NCBI GenBank assembly: GCA_000403035.1
Contig: AQSL01000164.1
Coordinates: forward strand, 1-51,363
DNA from: Candidatus Latescibacter anaerobius SCGC AAA252-E07
Lineage (GTDB): Bacteria; Latescibacterota; Latescibacteria; Latescibacterales; Latescibacteraceae
Length of the DNA stretch: 51,363 nucleotides
Direction: 5' to 3'
Shown here: piece by piece, positions 1-9,955 of the stretch
Layout of the letters: every line of letters begins with the position of its first letter
Position numbering within the stretch: position 1 is the first letter of the stretch
Position numbers and translations under genes: made by a program
Notes under the pieces: model-generated
Databases searched by the model: none
What the model was told of the DNA's origin: nothing
The model's input: only the letters and a program-made list of their open reading frames with translations

Positions 1-7
1 TGTATGC

Positions 8-949
8 ATGGGAATCGTATTCACCTTTATTGTAGGTGATATTAATTCATCACACTATTTACTTGAACTCATGACCCTGATGCTTATTGAAATACCGTTG
101 ATTGCACTCTATGCACTGCTTGTAAGAAAGTTCCACTGGCCGTTCGGGTTTTTGTTTATTTTTTTAGGTACTTCCGCTTCTTTTGCCATGTTTTTCCCGG
201 GAATATCTTTAACTCCGATCATTTTTCTGAAGATAGGTTTCATGGGAATGCTTTTAGGGGAAAAAAACTGGTTTCAAGGTTCATTTTTCAATAGAATCAT
301 TACTGTGTCTATTCCCGGTATTATTTTTGCGATTGTTTTTGGATTCCCGATAGTATTTCATGGTGTTTCTTCCGATATACTGGAGGAAATAAGAAAAGAT
401 TCACTGGAAATCTATCAGGCCTTTATGTCGGAAGATGATGCGTTGAATGCGGTTACCAACGCTATGATTTTTTTTAAGGGAATTTTCAGGATCGGATTTG
501 CCTTTTATTTTTTATTTGCGTTCATACTTTCATGGTTCTCCTTTTATTTCGCGGGATGGTTAATGGAGAGATTTCATGAAACTATCGAATATGTTCCGCC
601 GGTATATTCTTTTAAATTACCGTTCCATATTGTCTGGCTGTTGATCGCGGGGAGTGCATTCTGGTTGAGCGGTTATGAACTTGTTACCCCGGTTGCGTCG
701 AATATCCTCGCCATCATGGCAGGTTTGTACGGGATACAAGGATTAGCGATTGTTACCTATCATATAAACGGAATTTCAATGGGGCGCTTGCCCAAAATCC
801 TTTTTTGGGTTATATTCTTTTTAACGATTGGTTTTACCGGAGTATTTTTGATTTGTACCGGAATAATCGATAACTTTTTTAATTTAAGATCAATAAAGTA
901 TCATAAGGAGATCGAAGAAGAAGGAAGTAACGATGAAAGTGATTCTTAG
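8..949 (+). CDS. Polytopic membrane protein, DUF2232/YybS-like; may extend upstream of the window
   Basis: 313 aa and very hydrophobic with many TM segments. Its stop overlaps the rplI start by 17 nt. A YybS-type membrane protein upstream of rplI is a known arrangement in Firmicutes. Family assignment is by recollection, not a search. Confidence 0.55.
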   Translation: MGIVFTFIVGDINSSHYLLELMTLMLIEIPLIALYALLVRKFHWPFGFLFIFLGTSASFAMFFPGISLTPIIFLKIGFMGMLLGEKNWFQGSFFNRIITVSIPGIIFAIVFGFPIVFHGVSSDILEEIRKDSLEIYQAFMSEDDALNAVTNAMIFFKGIFRIGFAFYFLFAFILSWFSFYFAGWLMERFHETIEYVPPVYSFKLPFHIVWLLIAGSAFWLSGYELVTPVASNILAIMAGLYGIQGLAIVTYHINGISMGRLPKILFWVIFFLTIGFTGVFLICTGIIDNFFNLRSIKYHKEIEEEGSNDESDS

Positions 950-1376
950 AGAAGATGTGAAAAGCAAAGGTTCGGCAGGTGAAATAATTGATGTGAAAAC
1001 CGGTTATGGACGTAATTATCTCATTCCACAGGGCCTTGCATATATGGCTACAGAGTCCAATATTAAAATCTACGGCCGTGAAAAAATTCAGAAAGTGAAG
1101 AAACTCGAACAGATTAAGACCGAAGCGGAAAAAACAAAAGCCGAACTTGAAAAAATATCCCTGACCGCTGTTGTTAAGGTTGATGATGAAGGAAAATTAT
1201 ACGGTTCGGTAACCAGTCATACTATTTCCGAGCTTCTCAAAGAAAAGGGGTATGATTATAATCACCGTAAGATTATGATTGATGAAGCTATAAAAGAGCT
1301 CGGTGTTTACGAGGCCAGGGTTGAACTTGTTCATGGCGTTGAAGCGACTGTCAAGGTTTGGGTCGTTAAAGAATAA
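933..1376 (+). CDS. rplI: 50S ribosomal protein L9
   Basis: N-terminus MKVILREDVKSKGSAGEIIDVKTGYGRNYLIPQGLA is the canonical L9 signature. Length of 147 aa is typical. Confidence 0.95.
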   Translation: MKVILREDVKSKGSAGEIIDVKTGYGRNYLIPQGLAYMATESNIKIYGREKIQKVKKLEQIKTEAEKTKAELEKISLTAVVKVDDEGKLYGSVTSHTISELLKEKGYDYNHRKIMIDEAIKELGVYEARVELVHGVEATVKVWVVKE

Positions 1377-1526
1377 CAAAATATGGTTTTTTAATATTTT
1401 ATCTGAAACGAAAGTAAGAATACAAAGTTTAAATACATTGTTTACACGTTGAAATAATGTATATTCCATAATGTTATGGATTTTTTCGGAACATGAAGGT
1501 CTAATTATAAGAACGGATCAATTCTC

Positions 1527-2036
1527 ATGATTGAAGTTTTTGTTTCAGGGCTTGCGTTTGATACACTTTATAAACAACCGGTTGTTCTTTTAAAAGAAAT
1601 CGAGGGTCAACGGATTCTTCCTATATGGATAGGTCCGAATGAAGCTGCTGTAATTGCACTTGAGCTATCCGGAGTGTCTTATAAAAGGCCGTTGACTCAT
1701 GATCTTATGAAATCAGTACTAAACGGCTTCAATGCCCGGCTGCAAAAAATTGTCGTGAGTTCTTTGAAAGAAAATACCTATTATGCTAAGTTTTATATAC
1801 AGGCTGATAAAAGCTCAATCATTGAAATTGATGCGAGGCCTTCCGACTCTGTTGCAATGGCCCTGAAAATGCAGGCGCCTATTTTTATTTCCGAAGAACT
1901 TAATAATTCATTAATTGATCTTATACCAGCTTCCGATGATGAACCAGAAGATGATGATACTGATGTGGATCCAATGGATTTGAAAAGTCGTCTCAGAAAC
2001 ATCAAACCGGAAGATTTCGGGAATTACAATCTGTAA
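1527..2036 (+). CDS. Bifunctional nuclease family protein (DUF151/BFN)
   Basis: Motifs LPIWIGPNEAAVIALEL, RPLTHDLM and DARPSDSVAMALKMQAPIFISEEL match the BFN family, plus an acidic C-terminal tail. Confidence 0.8.
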   Translation: MIEVFVSGLAFDTLYKQPVVLLKEIEGQRILPIWIGPNEAAVIALELSGVSYKRPLTHDLMKSVLNGFNARLQKIVVSSLKENTYYAKFYIQADKSSIIEIDARPSDSVAMALKMQAPIFISEELNNSLIDLIPASDDEPEDDDTDVDPMDLKSRLRNIKPEDFGNYNL

Positions 2037-2048
2037 TTGTTATACGGC

Positions 2049-3926
2049 ATGCATACCTCCAATAAAACATATATTGTTTGTTTCTTTTTTATTTCATTCT
2101 TTTTTCTATCTGTTTATGCCGGTGAAGTATATGCCCAGGGTGGAGATGCTGAAGCTCTTTTCAGGAGGGGTTTGGTACTTTTTAAACAGGGTAAATATGT
2201 TTCGGCAGGTTTGGATTTTAAAGAGATTGTGAATAATCATGGTTCCACTTTATGGGCATATCCAGCACACATGATGATTGCAAAAACATATTTTAATCTC
2301 GGAGATTTCAAACTGGCGGAATCAACCGCTGTTGACCTCCGAAACCGACACCCCAAAGGCCTTTATGCGGAATGGAGTCATTATTTTACCGCAGCATGCA
2401 AATTCAAAACCGGCGAAGTGAATCAGGCAGCTTCTATCCTTGCCGAACTTGTTCAAGAGACGAAAGATAAAGAACTTAAATCGCGTTCTCTCAGTGCTCT
2501 TAAAGCATCTATTTCTCCTGTCATCGAACATGAAATATTTTTAAAAATACTTGAAGATCATGAAATAAAACAGTCCGAGCTCGATGAGGTAAAACCGTTT
2601 GATTCTTCCGTCTCTCATGCGAAAAGTGATGATTTATACCTCGATTCATCCCCGTTCAAGAGAACAAGAGTTTGGGAAACGGACTCACATTTCAAGATCG
2701 GGCTTTTGTCTCCTTTAACGGGAATAAATTCGGATCTTGGCATACAACTTCTCAAAGGAGTTCGGACTGCCTTAGAAAGCAATACACTTGCAAAAGAATT
2801 ACCTGTGGAACTGATCGTGGAAGATACCGAATCAGACCCTGTAACCGCTGTGTTGAAGACACGGAAATTGATAGAAGCGGGAGTAGTCGTTATTATCGGA
2901 CCGGTTTTAAGTGAGTCAACGATTGCGGCTGCTACAGAATCTCAGGTATACGGGATTCCTTTCCTTGCCCCGACGGCGACCAATAATGGTCTGACCCGTT
3001 TGGGGAAATATGTTTTTCAGTTGAACTTCAATCCTGGTATTCAAGCCAGGGCTTTGGCGGATTATGCCATTAATACTCTGGATTTTTCAAATTTTGCCGT
3101 TATTGCGAGTAACGATATATGGGGAATAACTGTTGCTGATACTTTTTCCAGAGAAATGGAAAAACAGGGTGCGGTGAGCATATGGACAGAAAGTTTAAAC
3201 CCGGATATCTCGATGACCAATCATGAAATTCTTATGAATATCAGGGAACACGCTCCTGAATCCGAGTCGAGCATGGACAGTTTAGTTGTAATTTATCATG
3301 GGAATGCTTTCCCGGATACACTTATTCTTGAAAAAAATCCCTTTCTGCGCGGGGAAAGAAAACTGGGACCTGTTGATTCTATTAACTGTATTCTCGTTTC
3401 GGCAACTTCGGAAGATGCCATTCAGATATCGAGCCAGATAATGGAATACAATATCAGTACGGTAATTCTGGGTGATTACGGCTGGTGGAGTAATGAAAAT
3501 GCATTTGAGGGCAGCGAGAGATATATTGAGGGAGCTTATGTCATTGCGCCTGCAGGCGAACTCTCAGGCGGATTGGGATTATCATATTTTAATGAAGTTT
3601 CAAGACCTCCCGAAACTCGTGACATACCTCTTATGAAAGGGGCCGATGCCCTGAATCTCATTCTGTACTGTATTGAAAGAGGAGCCAGTGATCCGGATGA
3701 GCTTGTCGGATTACTTGAGTCAGTAAAAGATTTTCAGGGAGTAGCTTCCCGAATTACTATTGACCCGGAAAATCATACAAATACTGCCGTTGAAATCATC
3801 CGTGTTGAGGATGGCAGGTATGTTCCTTCTGATACAGCAAGGAATGATTCGATGTACCGAAACAAAAATAGCTATGCCGAAGGTTCTCCTGAAATAATCG
3901 AAAACATTATTCCAACCGGCCCATGA
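2049..3926 (+). CDS. Secreted TPR plus type-1 periplasmic-binding-fold protein (Leu/Ile/Val-binding-like, LpoA-like architecture)
   Basis: Signal peptide, then an N-terminal TPR-like region. From about residue 215 (KIGLLSPLTGINSDLG...VVVIIGPVLSES) it resembles Peripla_BP_6. The ORF opens at TTG 2037; I prefer ATG 2049. Confidence 0.6.
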   Translation: MHTSNKTYIVCFFFISFFFLSVYAGEVYAQGGDAEALFRRGLVLFKQGKYVSAGLDFKEIVNNHGSTLWAYPAHMMIAKTYFNLGDFKLAESTAVDLRNRHPKGLYAEWSHYFTAACKFKTGEVNQAASILAELVQETKDKELKSRSLSALKASISPVIEHEIFLKILEDHEIKQSELDEVKPFDSSVSHAKSDDLYLDSSPFKRTRVWETDSHFKIGLLSPLTGINSDLGIQLLKGVRTALESNTLAKELPVELIVEDTESDPVTAVLKTRKLIEAGVVVIIGPVLSESTIAAATESQVYGIPFLAPTATNNGLTRLGKYVFQLNFNPGIQARALADYAINTLDFSNFAVIASNDIWGITVADTFSREMEKQGAVSIWTESLNPDISMTNHEILMNIREHAPESESSMDSLVVIYHGNAFPDTLILEKNPFLRGERKLGPVDSINCILVSATSEDAIQISSQIMEYNISTVILGDYGWWSNENAFEGSERYIEGAYVIAPAGELSGGLGLSYFNEVSRPPETRDIPLMKGADALNLILYCIERGASDPDELVGLLESVKDFQGVASRITIDPENHTNTAVEIIRVEDGRYVPSDTARNDSMYRNKNSYAEGSPEIIENIIPTGP

Positions 3927-4348
3927 AACGTACTTGCCTTTCCGTTCTCGCGGTAATTTTATACATCCTGCTTTTCTTGTTTCCTCACACAGTATTTTCC
4001 GATATTACTGATGGTTTTCTTGACAATGAAATCAATTTTGAAGAAATGTATTCCGATCTTCCACTCAATTTCAGCCTTGAAAAAGCAACCGTATCCGAGC
4101 TTGGCAATCTCCCGTATTTTACTCTTGAATCGGCACGTTCTGTTGTGAGTTTTCGCGATTTCCTCAGAATCGGCGATTCTCTGAGCGCCAATCTTGATAC
4201 TATTCCGGGTTTGTCCTCCGTTCAACGAGCAATTCTCGATCACATTTCACAGATGAACAAAGCGCATTTTTTTTCAGGTTTTTCAGGTTCTATGCGCACA
4301 GGTTATGCAGGCAAACCCGGAGAAGAGGAATTTTCAAATGGTATATGA
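3923..4348 (+). CDS. Small secreted protein with a possible helix-hairpin-helix (ComEA-like) segment
   Basis: ATGA start/stop overlap with the upstream gene and an N-terminal signal peptide. LGNLPYFTLESARSVVSFRD resembles an HhH motif. The 3' end overlaps the convergent rpsF by 15 nt. Confidence 0.4.
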   Translation: MKRTCLSVLAVILYILLFLFPHTVFSDITDGFLDNEINFEEMYSDLPLNFSLEKATVSELGNLPYFTLESARSVVSFRDFLRIGDSLSANLDTIPGLSSVQRAILDHISQMNKAHFFSGFSGSMRTGYAGKPGEEEFSNGI

Positions 4349-4681
4349 TGATGCTTCGCTTTTGATCCCCTGATCACGAATATAGTCTGGATGGATGCCG
4401 TCGAATACAACCGTCATATACCGTAAAACATTCTCGTTTAAACCCATTTCACGTTCAAACGTTTTTACACTAGAAGGATCGGAAGTATGATAGAATATTA
4501 CATAGTATCCCTGGGATTTCTTGTTAATTTCATAAGCAAGGGTTCTCAATCCCCACCGTACAATTTGATCGATTTTGCCGCCGAGTTTTTCAAGAGAATT
4601 ACTGAATTTCTCGATGATTGACTCACGTTCATCAACCCCAAGCGAACTGTCAATAATAAACGTAGTGTCGTATTTTTTCAT
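4334..4681 (-). CDS. rpsF: 30S ribosomal protein S6
   Basis: MKKYDTTFIID...RWGLRTLAYEINKKSQGYYVIFY is the S6 signature. A strong GGAGG RBS precedes ATG 4681. The ORF track extends 11 codons further upstream. Confidence 0.9.
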   Translation of the reverse strand: MKKYDTTFIIDSSLGVDERESIIEKFSNSLEKLGGKIDQIVRWGLRTLAYEINKKSQGYYVIFYHTSDPSSVKTFEREMGLNENVLRYMTVVFDGIHPDYIRDQGIKSEASSYTI

Positions 4682-4779
4682 TGATACCTCCCTCTGGACT
4701 CCGGCCCGGTGCATTTCCAGGATGGATTGTACCGGGCAGGGATAATTGTTGAAAGAATTATTGTTATTATAATTTGTTG

Positions 4780-6795
4780 CTACTTTCCAAGAGAAACGAG
4801 TAATGGAGCAATAACCAGGGCAACAACACTCATAAGCTTAATGAGAATATTCATGGAAGGTCCGCTCGTATCCTTGAAAGGATCACCGATGGTATCTCCC
4901 ACAACTGCTGCCTTGTGAGCATCCGAACCCTTTCCTCCAAGGGCTCCTGATTCAATATATTTTTTTGCATTGTCCCAGGCTCCGCCGGCATTTGCCATGA
5001 AAAGCGCCATAAGAATTCCTGTTAGAGTTGCACCGACAAGGACTCCGCCGAGCGCTTCGCTTCCAAGCGTAAGACCTACAATAATTGGCACCAGTACCGC
5101 TACAAGACCGGGAATAATCATCTCCTTAAGAGCCGCCGTATTCGATATTTGCACGCACCGTGCCGTATCAGGTTTGGTAGTGCCTTCCATAATTCCTGGA
5201 ATTTCACGGAATTGTCTCCGTACTTCCTCAACCATTTGGAATGCAGCTTTACCGACCGAGCTCATTGTACTTGCCGCTACAAAGAACGGTATACAGCCGC
5301 CGATTAAAATTCCGATAACAACGTTGCTGCTGATAAGATTTATCATGCCGATATTTGCTGCGGAAGCATAAGCGGAAAATAGTGCCAGAGCAGTGAGCGC
5401 CGCCGAACCGATAGCGAATCCTTTCCCGATAGCCGCAGTAGTGTTTCCGAGTGCATCGAGTTTGTCGGTTATAGCGCGTGTTTCGGGCCCAAGACCACTC
5501 ATTTCAGATATTCCTCCGGCATTATCGGCAATAGGACCATATGCATCAACAGTCATGGTAACACCAACAGTGGCAAGCATACCCACTGCAGCCATCCCGA
5601 TACCATACAGACCCGAGGATGAGTATGCCACATAAATTGCGACACAGATAACAAGTACCGGTGCTACCGTTGATTCCATACCGATAGCAAGGCCGGTTAT
5701 CACATTTGTTGCAGGGCCTGTTTTTGAGGCATCGGCAATCTTATAAATGGGTTTTGATCCTGTATAGTATTCGGTAATGAGACCGATAACAATACCCGAA
5801 ATAGTACCGGCAAGAACAGCCCAGAAAGGCCCGGTTACTCCGGTCATACTCGAAATAACAAAATAAGAGGCGACAAGAAACAAACCTGCCCCGATGAAAG
5901 TAGAATACCTGAGAGCACTGCCCGGATCGATACTTTTCAGTAATAGGATAGAGAGAACACCAACAAACGAAGCTACCAGTCCGATCATAACGATAACAAT
6001 CGGAAGCTGCATGAAAACAATTCGTGCATTTGAAATAATATCACCATAATACATCGAGGCTGTCGCAGTTGCCGCGATAGCAAGAGTTGCAATCATCGAG
6101 CCTACATAAGATTCGAATATGTCGGCACCGAGTCCCGCAATATCTCCGACATTATCACCGACATTATCGGCAATAGTTGCCGGATTTCTCGGATCGTCCT
6201 CAGGAATACCGGCTTCGACTTTCCCTACAAGATCTGCGCCAACATCAGCGGCCTTCGTGTAAATACCTCCGCCGATCCTTGCAAAAAGAGCAATCGAGGA
6301 AGCGCCCATTGCAAAGCCGGTGATGATTGAAGCTTCTCCCGGTAAGCTGAAAATATTCAAAAATATCGAAACTCCGAAAAGACCAAGGCTGGCAACCGCA
6401 AGCCCCATAACAGAACCGCCAAAATAGGCTATGGAAAGCGCCTTGCCCTGCCCGAACTGATTTGCTGCCCATGCTGTCCTGACATTTGCACGTGTTGCGG
6501 ACTTCATACCTGTAAAACCAGCTATAACCGAACAGAAGGCACCGGATGCAAATGCAATTGCCGTTTTCAAACCGTTTTCAGGCAGACCAAAGGTCAATGC
6601 AAGGAATATAATAATTATGAAAACGGCAAGGACAGAGTACTCCTGTCTCAAAAATGTCATCGCCCCTTCATGAATCTGGTCTGAGATGTTTTTCATCACA
6701 ACTGTTCCAAAGGGTTGTTTCTTAACCCATACGTACATACTGATTACAATTATAAAACCAATAAAACCCAGAATAGGAGCGAACTGAATAGTCAT
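4780..6795 (-). CDS. hppA: Membrane-bound ion-translocating pyrophosphatase (K+-dependent type)
   Basis: 671 aa polytopic protein with [26 protein letters not shown] and [18 protein letters not shown] motifs. GNTTAA (Ala rather than Lys) is the K+-dependent signature. Confidence 0.95.
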   Translation of the reverse strand: MTIQFAPILGFIGFIIVISMYVWVKKQPFGTVVMKNISDQIHEGAMTFLRQEYSVLAVFIIIIFLALTFGLPENGLKTAIAFASGAFCSVIAGFTGMKSATRANVRTAWAANQFGQGKALSIAYFGGSVMGLAVASLGLFGVSIFLNIFSLPGEASIITGFAMGASSIALFARIGGGIYTKAADVGADLVGKVEAGIPEDDPRNPATIADNVGDNVGDIAGLGADIFESYVGSMIATLAIAATATASMYYGDIISNARIVFMQLPIVIVMIGLVASFVGVLSILLLKSIDPGSALRYSTFIGAGLFLVASYFVISSMTGVTGPFWAVLAGTISGIVIGLITEYYTGSKPIYKIADASKTGPATNVITGLAIGMESTVAPVLVICVAIYVAYSSSGLYGIGMAAVGMLATVGVTMTVDAYGPIADNAGGISEMSGLGPETRAITDKLDALGNTTAAIGKGFAIGSAALTALALFSAYASAANIGMINLISSNVVIGILIGGCIPFFVAASTMSSVGKAAFQMVEEVRRQFREIPGIMEGTTKPDTARCVQISNTAALKEMIIPGLVAVLVPIIVGLTLGSEALGGVLVGATLTGILMALFMANAGGAWDNAKKYIESGALGGKGSDAHKAAVVGDTIGDPFKDTSGPSMNILIKLMSVVALVIAPLLVSLGK

Positions 6796-6840
6796 ATAGC
6801 ATCTCCCTGAAATGTTTTGTTTTTGTAAGTATTTATTTTT

Positions 6841-7461
6841 TTAAATTTTATTCTGAGCGCTTTCATAACCGCCAGTTATCCAATCCTCAACAACTTCAGA
6901 TGCCTGTAAAAGCGATTTATTGAGCAGTTCCAATTCTTCCACCTGAAATGAACTCAAAACATAATGCACTATTTCACTGCCCTCAGGTCTGGGGCCCACA
7001 CCGATCTTAAGTCTCGCAAACTCATTAGTTCCCAGATGAGTAATAACGCTCTTCAGACCGTTATGTCCGCCAGCGGATCCTTTCTTACGTAACCTTATTG
7101 AACCTACATCAAGATCAACATCATCAACAATGACCAGGAGCTCAGAATGCTTTTTAATAATTCCTCGTGTGATAAGGCTTGCAAAAGCTTTGCCTGATTC
7201 ATTCATGTATGTGGTGGGTTTAACAAGGAGAAAACGTTTCCCGGATAATTCACCTTCAATAGATGTAAAAGGACCGGATGTTTTTTTGAATGTGCTTCTG
7301 GAACCGAAAAAAGTTCTTATACTGTCCAAACCACTTTTCTTAAGTACTATTCCTTTTATATAGTTACCCTCAAAAATCCCATCAAGCAACATGAATCCTG
7401 CATTATGCCTTGTTTTACGGTAAGCAGGACCTGGATTACCCATCCCGACAATGGTGAGCAC
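6841..7461 (-). CDS. pth: Peptidyl-tRNA hydrolase
   Basis: GMGNPGPAYRKTRHNAGF and the GGHNGLKS motif. The ORF opens at 7536 but that would overlap L25 by 71 nt. GTG at 7461, 4 nt after the L25 stop codon, gives a typical N-terminus. Confidence 0.9.
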   Translation of the reverse strand: MLTIVGMGNPGPAYRKTRHNAGFMLLDGIFEGNYIKGIVLKKSGLDSIRTFFGSRSTFKKTSGPFTSIEGELSGKRFLLVKPTTYMNESGKAFASLITRGIIKKHSELLVIVDDVDLDVGSIRLRKKGSAGGHNGLKSVITHLGTNEFARLKIGVGPRPEGSEIVHYVLSSFQVEELELLNKSLLQASEVVEDWITGGYESAQNKI

Positions 7462-7465
7462 AAAC

Positions 7466-8122
7466 TCATTCCCCCTCTTCTTCTTTCTGGCCAATGACTT
7501 CGGGTTCTTCACCTTCTTCGGCTTCTTCTCCCTCAAGAACTTCTTCTAATTCCTCTTCAAGGACAATCTTAGGCGCAATTACATGTACAACGTTATTATC
7601 AGGATCCGAAATAAATTCAAAATTTTTCTTTTCGATGTCTCTCACATGAATTATATCGCCAATACATAAAGGACTGACATCAAGTTTGATATTTTCGGGA
7701 ATATCCGCTGGAAAACAAAGGATTTCGAGTGCATGCATGGCCTGATCGATCATACCGCCCTCGTTTTTTACTCCTTCCGGAATACCCTCCAGATAAATCG
7801 GCACCGTTACATGAATTTTTTCTTTCAGTGAAATGTGCTTAAAATCAATATGTATTATGTTACCTGAAAGGGGTTCACTTTGAATTTCATAAATAAATGC
7901 CTTTATTTTCTTTTTCCCGCCTTCAGGTACTATATTGACCACCGCGTTCCTGCCAAAAGAATGAAGAAGATTAAAAAGCTCTTTATAATCTATTGTCAAC
8001 AGGAACGGTTCCTTGCCAGGTCCATAGAGAACCCCGGGCACAAAACCTTCGTTTTGCATATGTTTTGCGGCCTGTTTCCCCTTCTTTTCCCTGATCTGAA
8101 CCTGTAAAGTTGCTTCTGCCAT
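7466..8122 (-). CDS. rplY: 50S ribosomal protein L25 / general stress protein Ctc
   Basis: REKKGKQAAKHMQNEGFVPGVLYG N-terminus, an acidic C-terminal tail, a GGAGG RBS and the canonical ctc-pth gene order. Confidence 0.9.
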   Translation of the reverse strand: MAEATLQVQIREKKGKQAAKHMQNEGFVPGVLYGPGKEPFLLTIDYKELFNLLHSFGRNAVVNIVPEGGKKKIKAFIYEIQSEPLSGNIIHIDFKHISLKEKIHVTVPIYLEGIPEGVKNEGGMIDQAMHALEILCFPADIPENIKLDVSPLCIGDIIHVRDIEKKNFEFISDPDNNVVHVIAPKIVLEEELEEVLEGEEAEEGEEPEVIGQKEEEGE

Positions 8123-8177
8123 TATGCCTCCAGTGTTCTGAGTATCTTTCCATACTTCAATTGCATTGCTTAACTAT

Positions 8178-8252
8178 TGGCTGGGGCGGGAGGATTCGAA
8201 CCTCCGAATGCGGGCACCAAAAACCCGTGACTTACCGCTTGTCGACGCCCCA
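8178..8252 (-). tRNA. tRNA-Gln (anticodon UUG), CCA encoded
   Basis: The reverse complement reads TGGGGCG-TC-GACAAGCGGTAAGTC-A-CGGGT-TTTTGGT-GCCCG-CATTC-GGAGG-TTCGAAT-CCTCC-CGCCCCA-G-CCA. It folds as a cloverleaf with anticodon loop UU-UUG-GU and closely resembles E. coli tRNA-Gln. Confidence 0.9.
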
Positions 8253-8349
8253 CCAGCCGGATTTGAAAAACAAACACTAAAAATACACTAAAAATAGTAC
8301 AAAGTCAAATGAAAATCTGATTACCTTAATTGTTCTTTTACGAGTCAAT

Positions 8350-8397
8350 AAAAAAAGCGGGCGCCCCATATGACCGGGATTCCCGCTTAATTTTTTT
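8350..8397 (-). terminator. Bidirectional intrinsic terminator after the T9SS-domain protein gene
   Basis: AGCGGG (8356-8361) pairs with CCCGCT (8382-8387). The stem is flanked by an A-run on one side and a T-run on the other, so it has a U-tract on both strands. Confidence 0.5.
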
Positions 8398-8410
8398 ACG
8401 GACGAACTGA

Positions 8411-9742
8411 TTACTTAACAAGAAGCATCTTGCCTTTCTTTTCAAATCCTTCCGCCGCGAACCGGTAGAAATACATCCCCGATGCAAGGTTCGAGCCTTC
8501 GAATGTCACCGAATGTGTACCGGCGCTCATGTGACCGTCAACAAGAGTGGCGACCTTCTGGCCGGTAATAGAATAGACAAATAACATTACTCTCGATGGC
8601 TCGACGATCCGATAGGTGATCGTCGTCACCGGATTGAACGGATTGGGATACGAGAAAATTCTTGTAGAAAATATTATCGGTTTATCTGACTCGACATTGG
8701 TAATGTCAAGTGAAGAAGAGCTTATTCTCAATAGACCTCCATTGGTTTCGCTCCCAACATTAAATCCTATCCATACCATTCCGTCAGGTGTGATAGCCAT
8801 AGTATTAGAAAATGGCCACTTAAGTTCTTCGAAAAGCACGGAAGATATCTCACTCATATTATATTCATACCATTGGTTGTTTTTTAATTTTGCGAGTCTG
8901 TTATGATTTAAAATACCTAAAAAACCTCGCCAAATATACCCGTCAGATCCATAACTCAGCATCCCAACGGACGAACCGGATAATAATAATGACCAAGAAT
9001 CATTTGAAAACTTATATAAATCATCATTACAATTGGCATACATATCTCCACTTTCAGGATCCTGTATTATCCATTGCACATCTGTCCACCCCAAATCTGA
9101 AATCGGCAAGCCATTCCAATCAGAATAATGATAAAAATTAACACCATCGAAGTAGGATATCCCTTTAGGGCAGTTGTCACCCGTATCTCCAACACAATCT
9201 ATTTGATCAAAAGAATTATTATATACAATCCATACCCCACCTTCCATAGTTGCTGTAATTCGACCAATATATTTTTGGAGCAATCCTTCTCGATACGTTA
9301 ATATTTCATTTCCATCAAATTTTGCAGGATAATAGTATCCCGTTTCATATAATACAAGCCATAAAGTGTTGTCCGGCCCCGCGGATATTTCTTGAATGCT
9401 ATTCGGAATTTCCATGTCCTTCGAATAATATGTCCATTCAATACCATTAAAACAGGAAATATTTCCTCCATCTGCAAACCACAAAAGACCATCAGGAGAT
9501 GCAGAAACCAATGACGCGCCACCAGAAATTTCGGTAAAATTTTCCCAGTTGGATCCGTTATAGCGGAAAACAAGACCGCCTGAGCACACCCAGAGAAAGC
9601 CGTCTTTATCGACAGCCAATGATTGACGACTGCTAAACAGTGGATGCCCCAAAATTTCTTTATACAATTCATATTCGGCGCAATCCGCAGAAAAAACGGG
9701 GAAAACTAGTAATAATACTATACAAAGTAAAACAACTCTCAT
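8411..9742 (-). CDS. Secreted beta-propeller-like protein with a T9SS type-A C-terminal sorting domain
   Basis: The C-terminus NPFNPVTTITYRI...ITGQKVATLVDG...SGMYFYRF...KKGKMLLVK is a typical T9SS/FlgD-Ig-like CTD. Repeated G(F/L)LW...G motifs resemble Reg_prop repeats. The start is taken at MRVVLLCIVLL (signal peptide) with a GGAGG RBS. Confidence 0.75.
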   Translation of the reverse strand: MRVVLLCIVLLLVFPVFSADCAEYELYKEILGHPLFSSRQSLAVDKDGFLWVCSGGLVFRYNGSNWENFTEISGGASLVSASPDGLLWFADGGNISCFNGIEWTYYSKDMEIPNSIQEISAGPDNTLWLVLYETGYYYPAKFDGNEILTYREGLLQKYIGRITATMEGGVWIVYNNSFDQIDCVGDTGDNCPKGISYFDGVNFYHYSDWNGLPISDLGWTDVQWIIQDPESGDMYANCNDDLYKFSNDSWSLLLSGSSVGMLSYGSDGYIWRGFLGILNHNRLAKLKNNQWYEYNMSEISSVLFEELKWPFSNTMAITPDGMVWIGFNVGSETNGGLLRISSSSLDITNVESDKPIIFSTRIFSYPNPFNPVTTITYRIVEPSRVMLFVYSITGQKVATLVDGHMSAGTHSVTFEGSNLASGMYFYRFAAEGFEKKGKMLLVK

Positions 9743-9826
9743 TAATGATATTCCTCCGGTTATAAACCATGTCCAACCTTTTCGATATATTATTATTTCA
9801 CGAAAGGTAGGCACAAATCAGTATCA

Positions 9827-9864
9827 CGTCAAATCATTTCTGGGCCCCCTTTCCATACAGTATG
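9827..9864 (-). promoter_or_regulatory. 38-nt conserved upstream motif, copy 1 (includes a TTGACG -35-like hexamer)
   Basis: 37 of 38 nt identical to 10760-10797. On the gene strand it reads CATACTGTATGGAAAGGGGGCCCAGAAATGATTTGACG, followed after 17 nt by TACCTT. It lies about 85 nt upstream of the start at 9742. Confidence 0.4.
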
Positions 9865-9955
9865 TGTCGATAATTATTTCATCTGAAAAGCTTTTTTCAT
9901 AACAAAAGAGTAAGCTTATTATTAATAAACAAATTGATCTGTACATGATAATCTC

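Noticed and set aside
1197-1469. 90-aa minus-strand ORF overlapping the rplI 3' end
   Set aside because: It is antisense to L9 and runs into an AT-rich spacer. It has no RBS or features.
4970-5635. ORFs of 133 and 80 aa on the plus strand inside the pyrophosphatase gene
   Set aside because: They are Ala/Pro/Ser/Thr-rich antisense shadows of a strongly supported 671-aa membrane protein gene. No start context or motifs were seen.
7462-7536. 25-codon Lys-rich N-terminal extension of pth from the ORF track
   Set aside because: It would overlap the L25 gene by 71 nt. GTG 7461 gives the canonical pth N-terminus just before GMGNPG.
9743-9814. 24-codon N-terminal extension of the T9SS-domain protein
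   Set aside because: The internal ATG 9742 has a GGAGG RBS and begins a typical signal peptide. The extension has neither.
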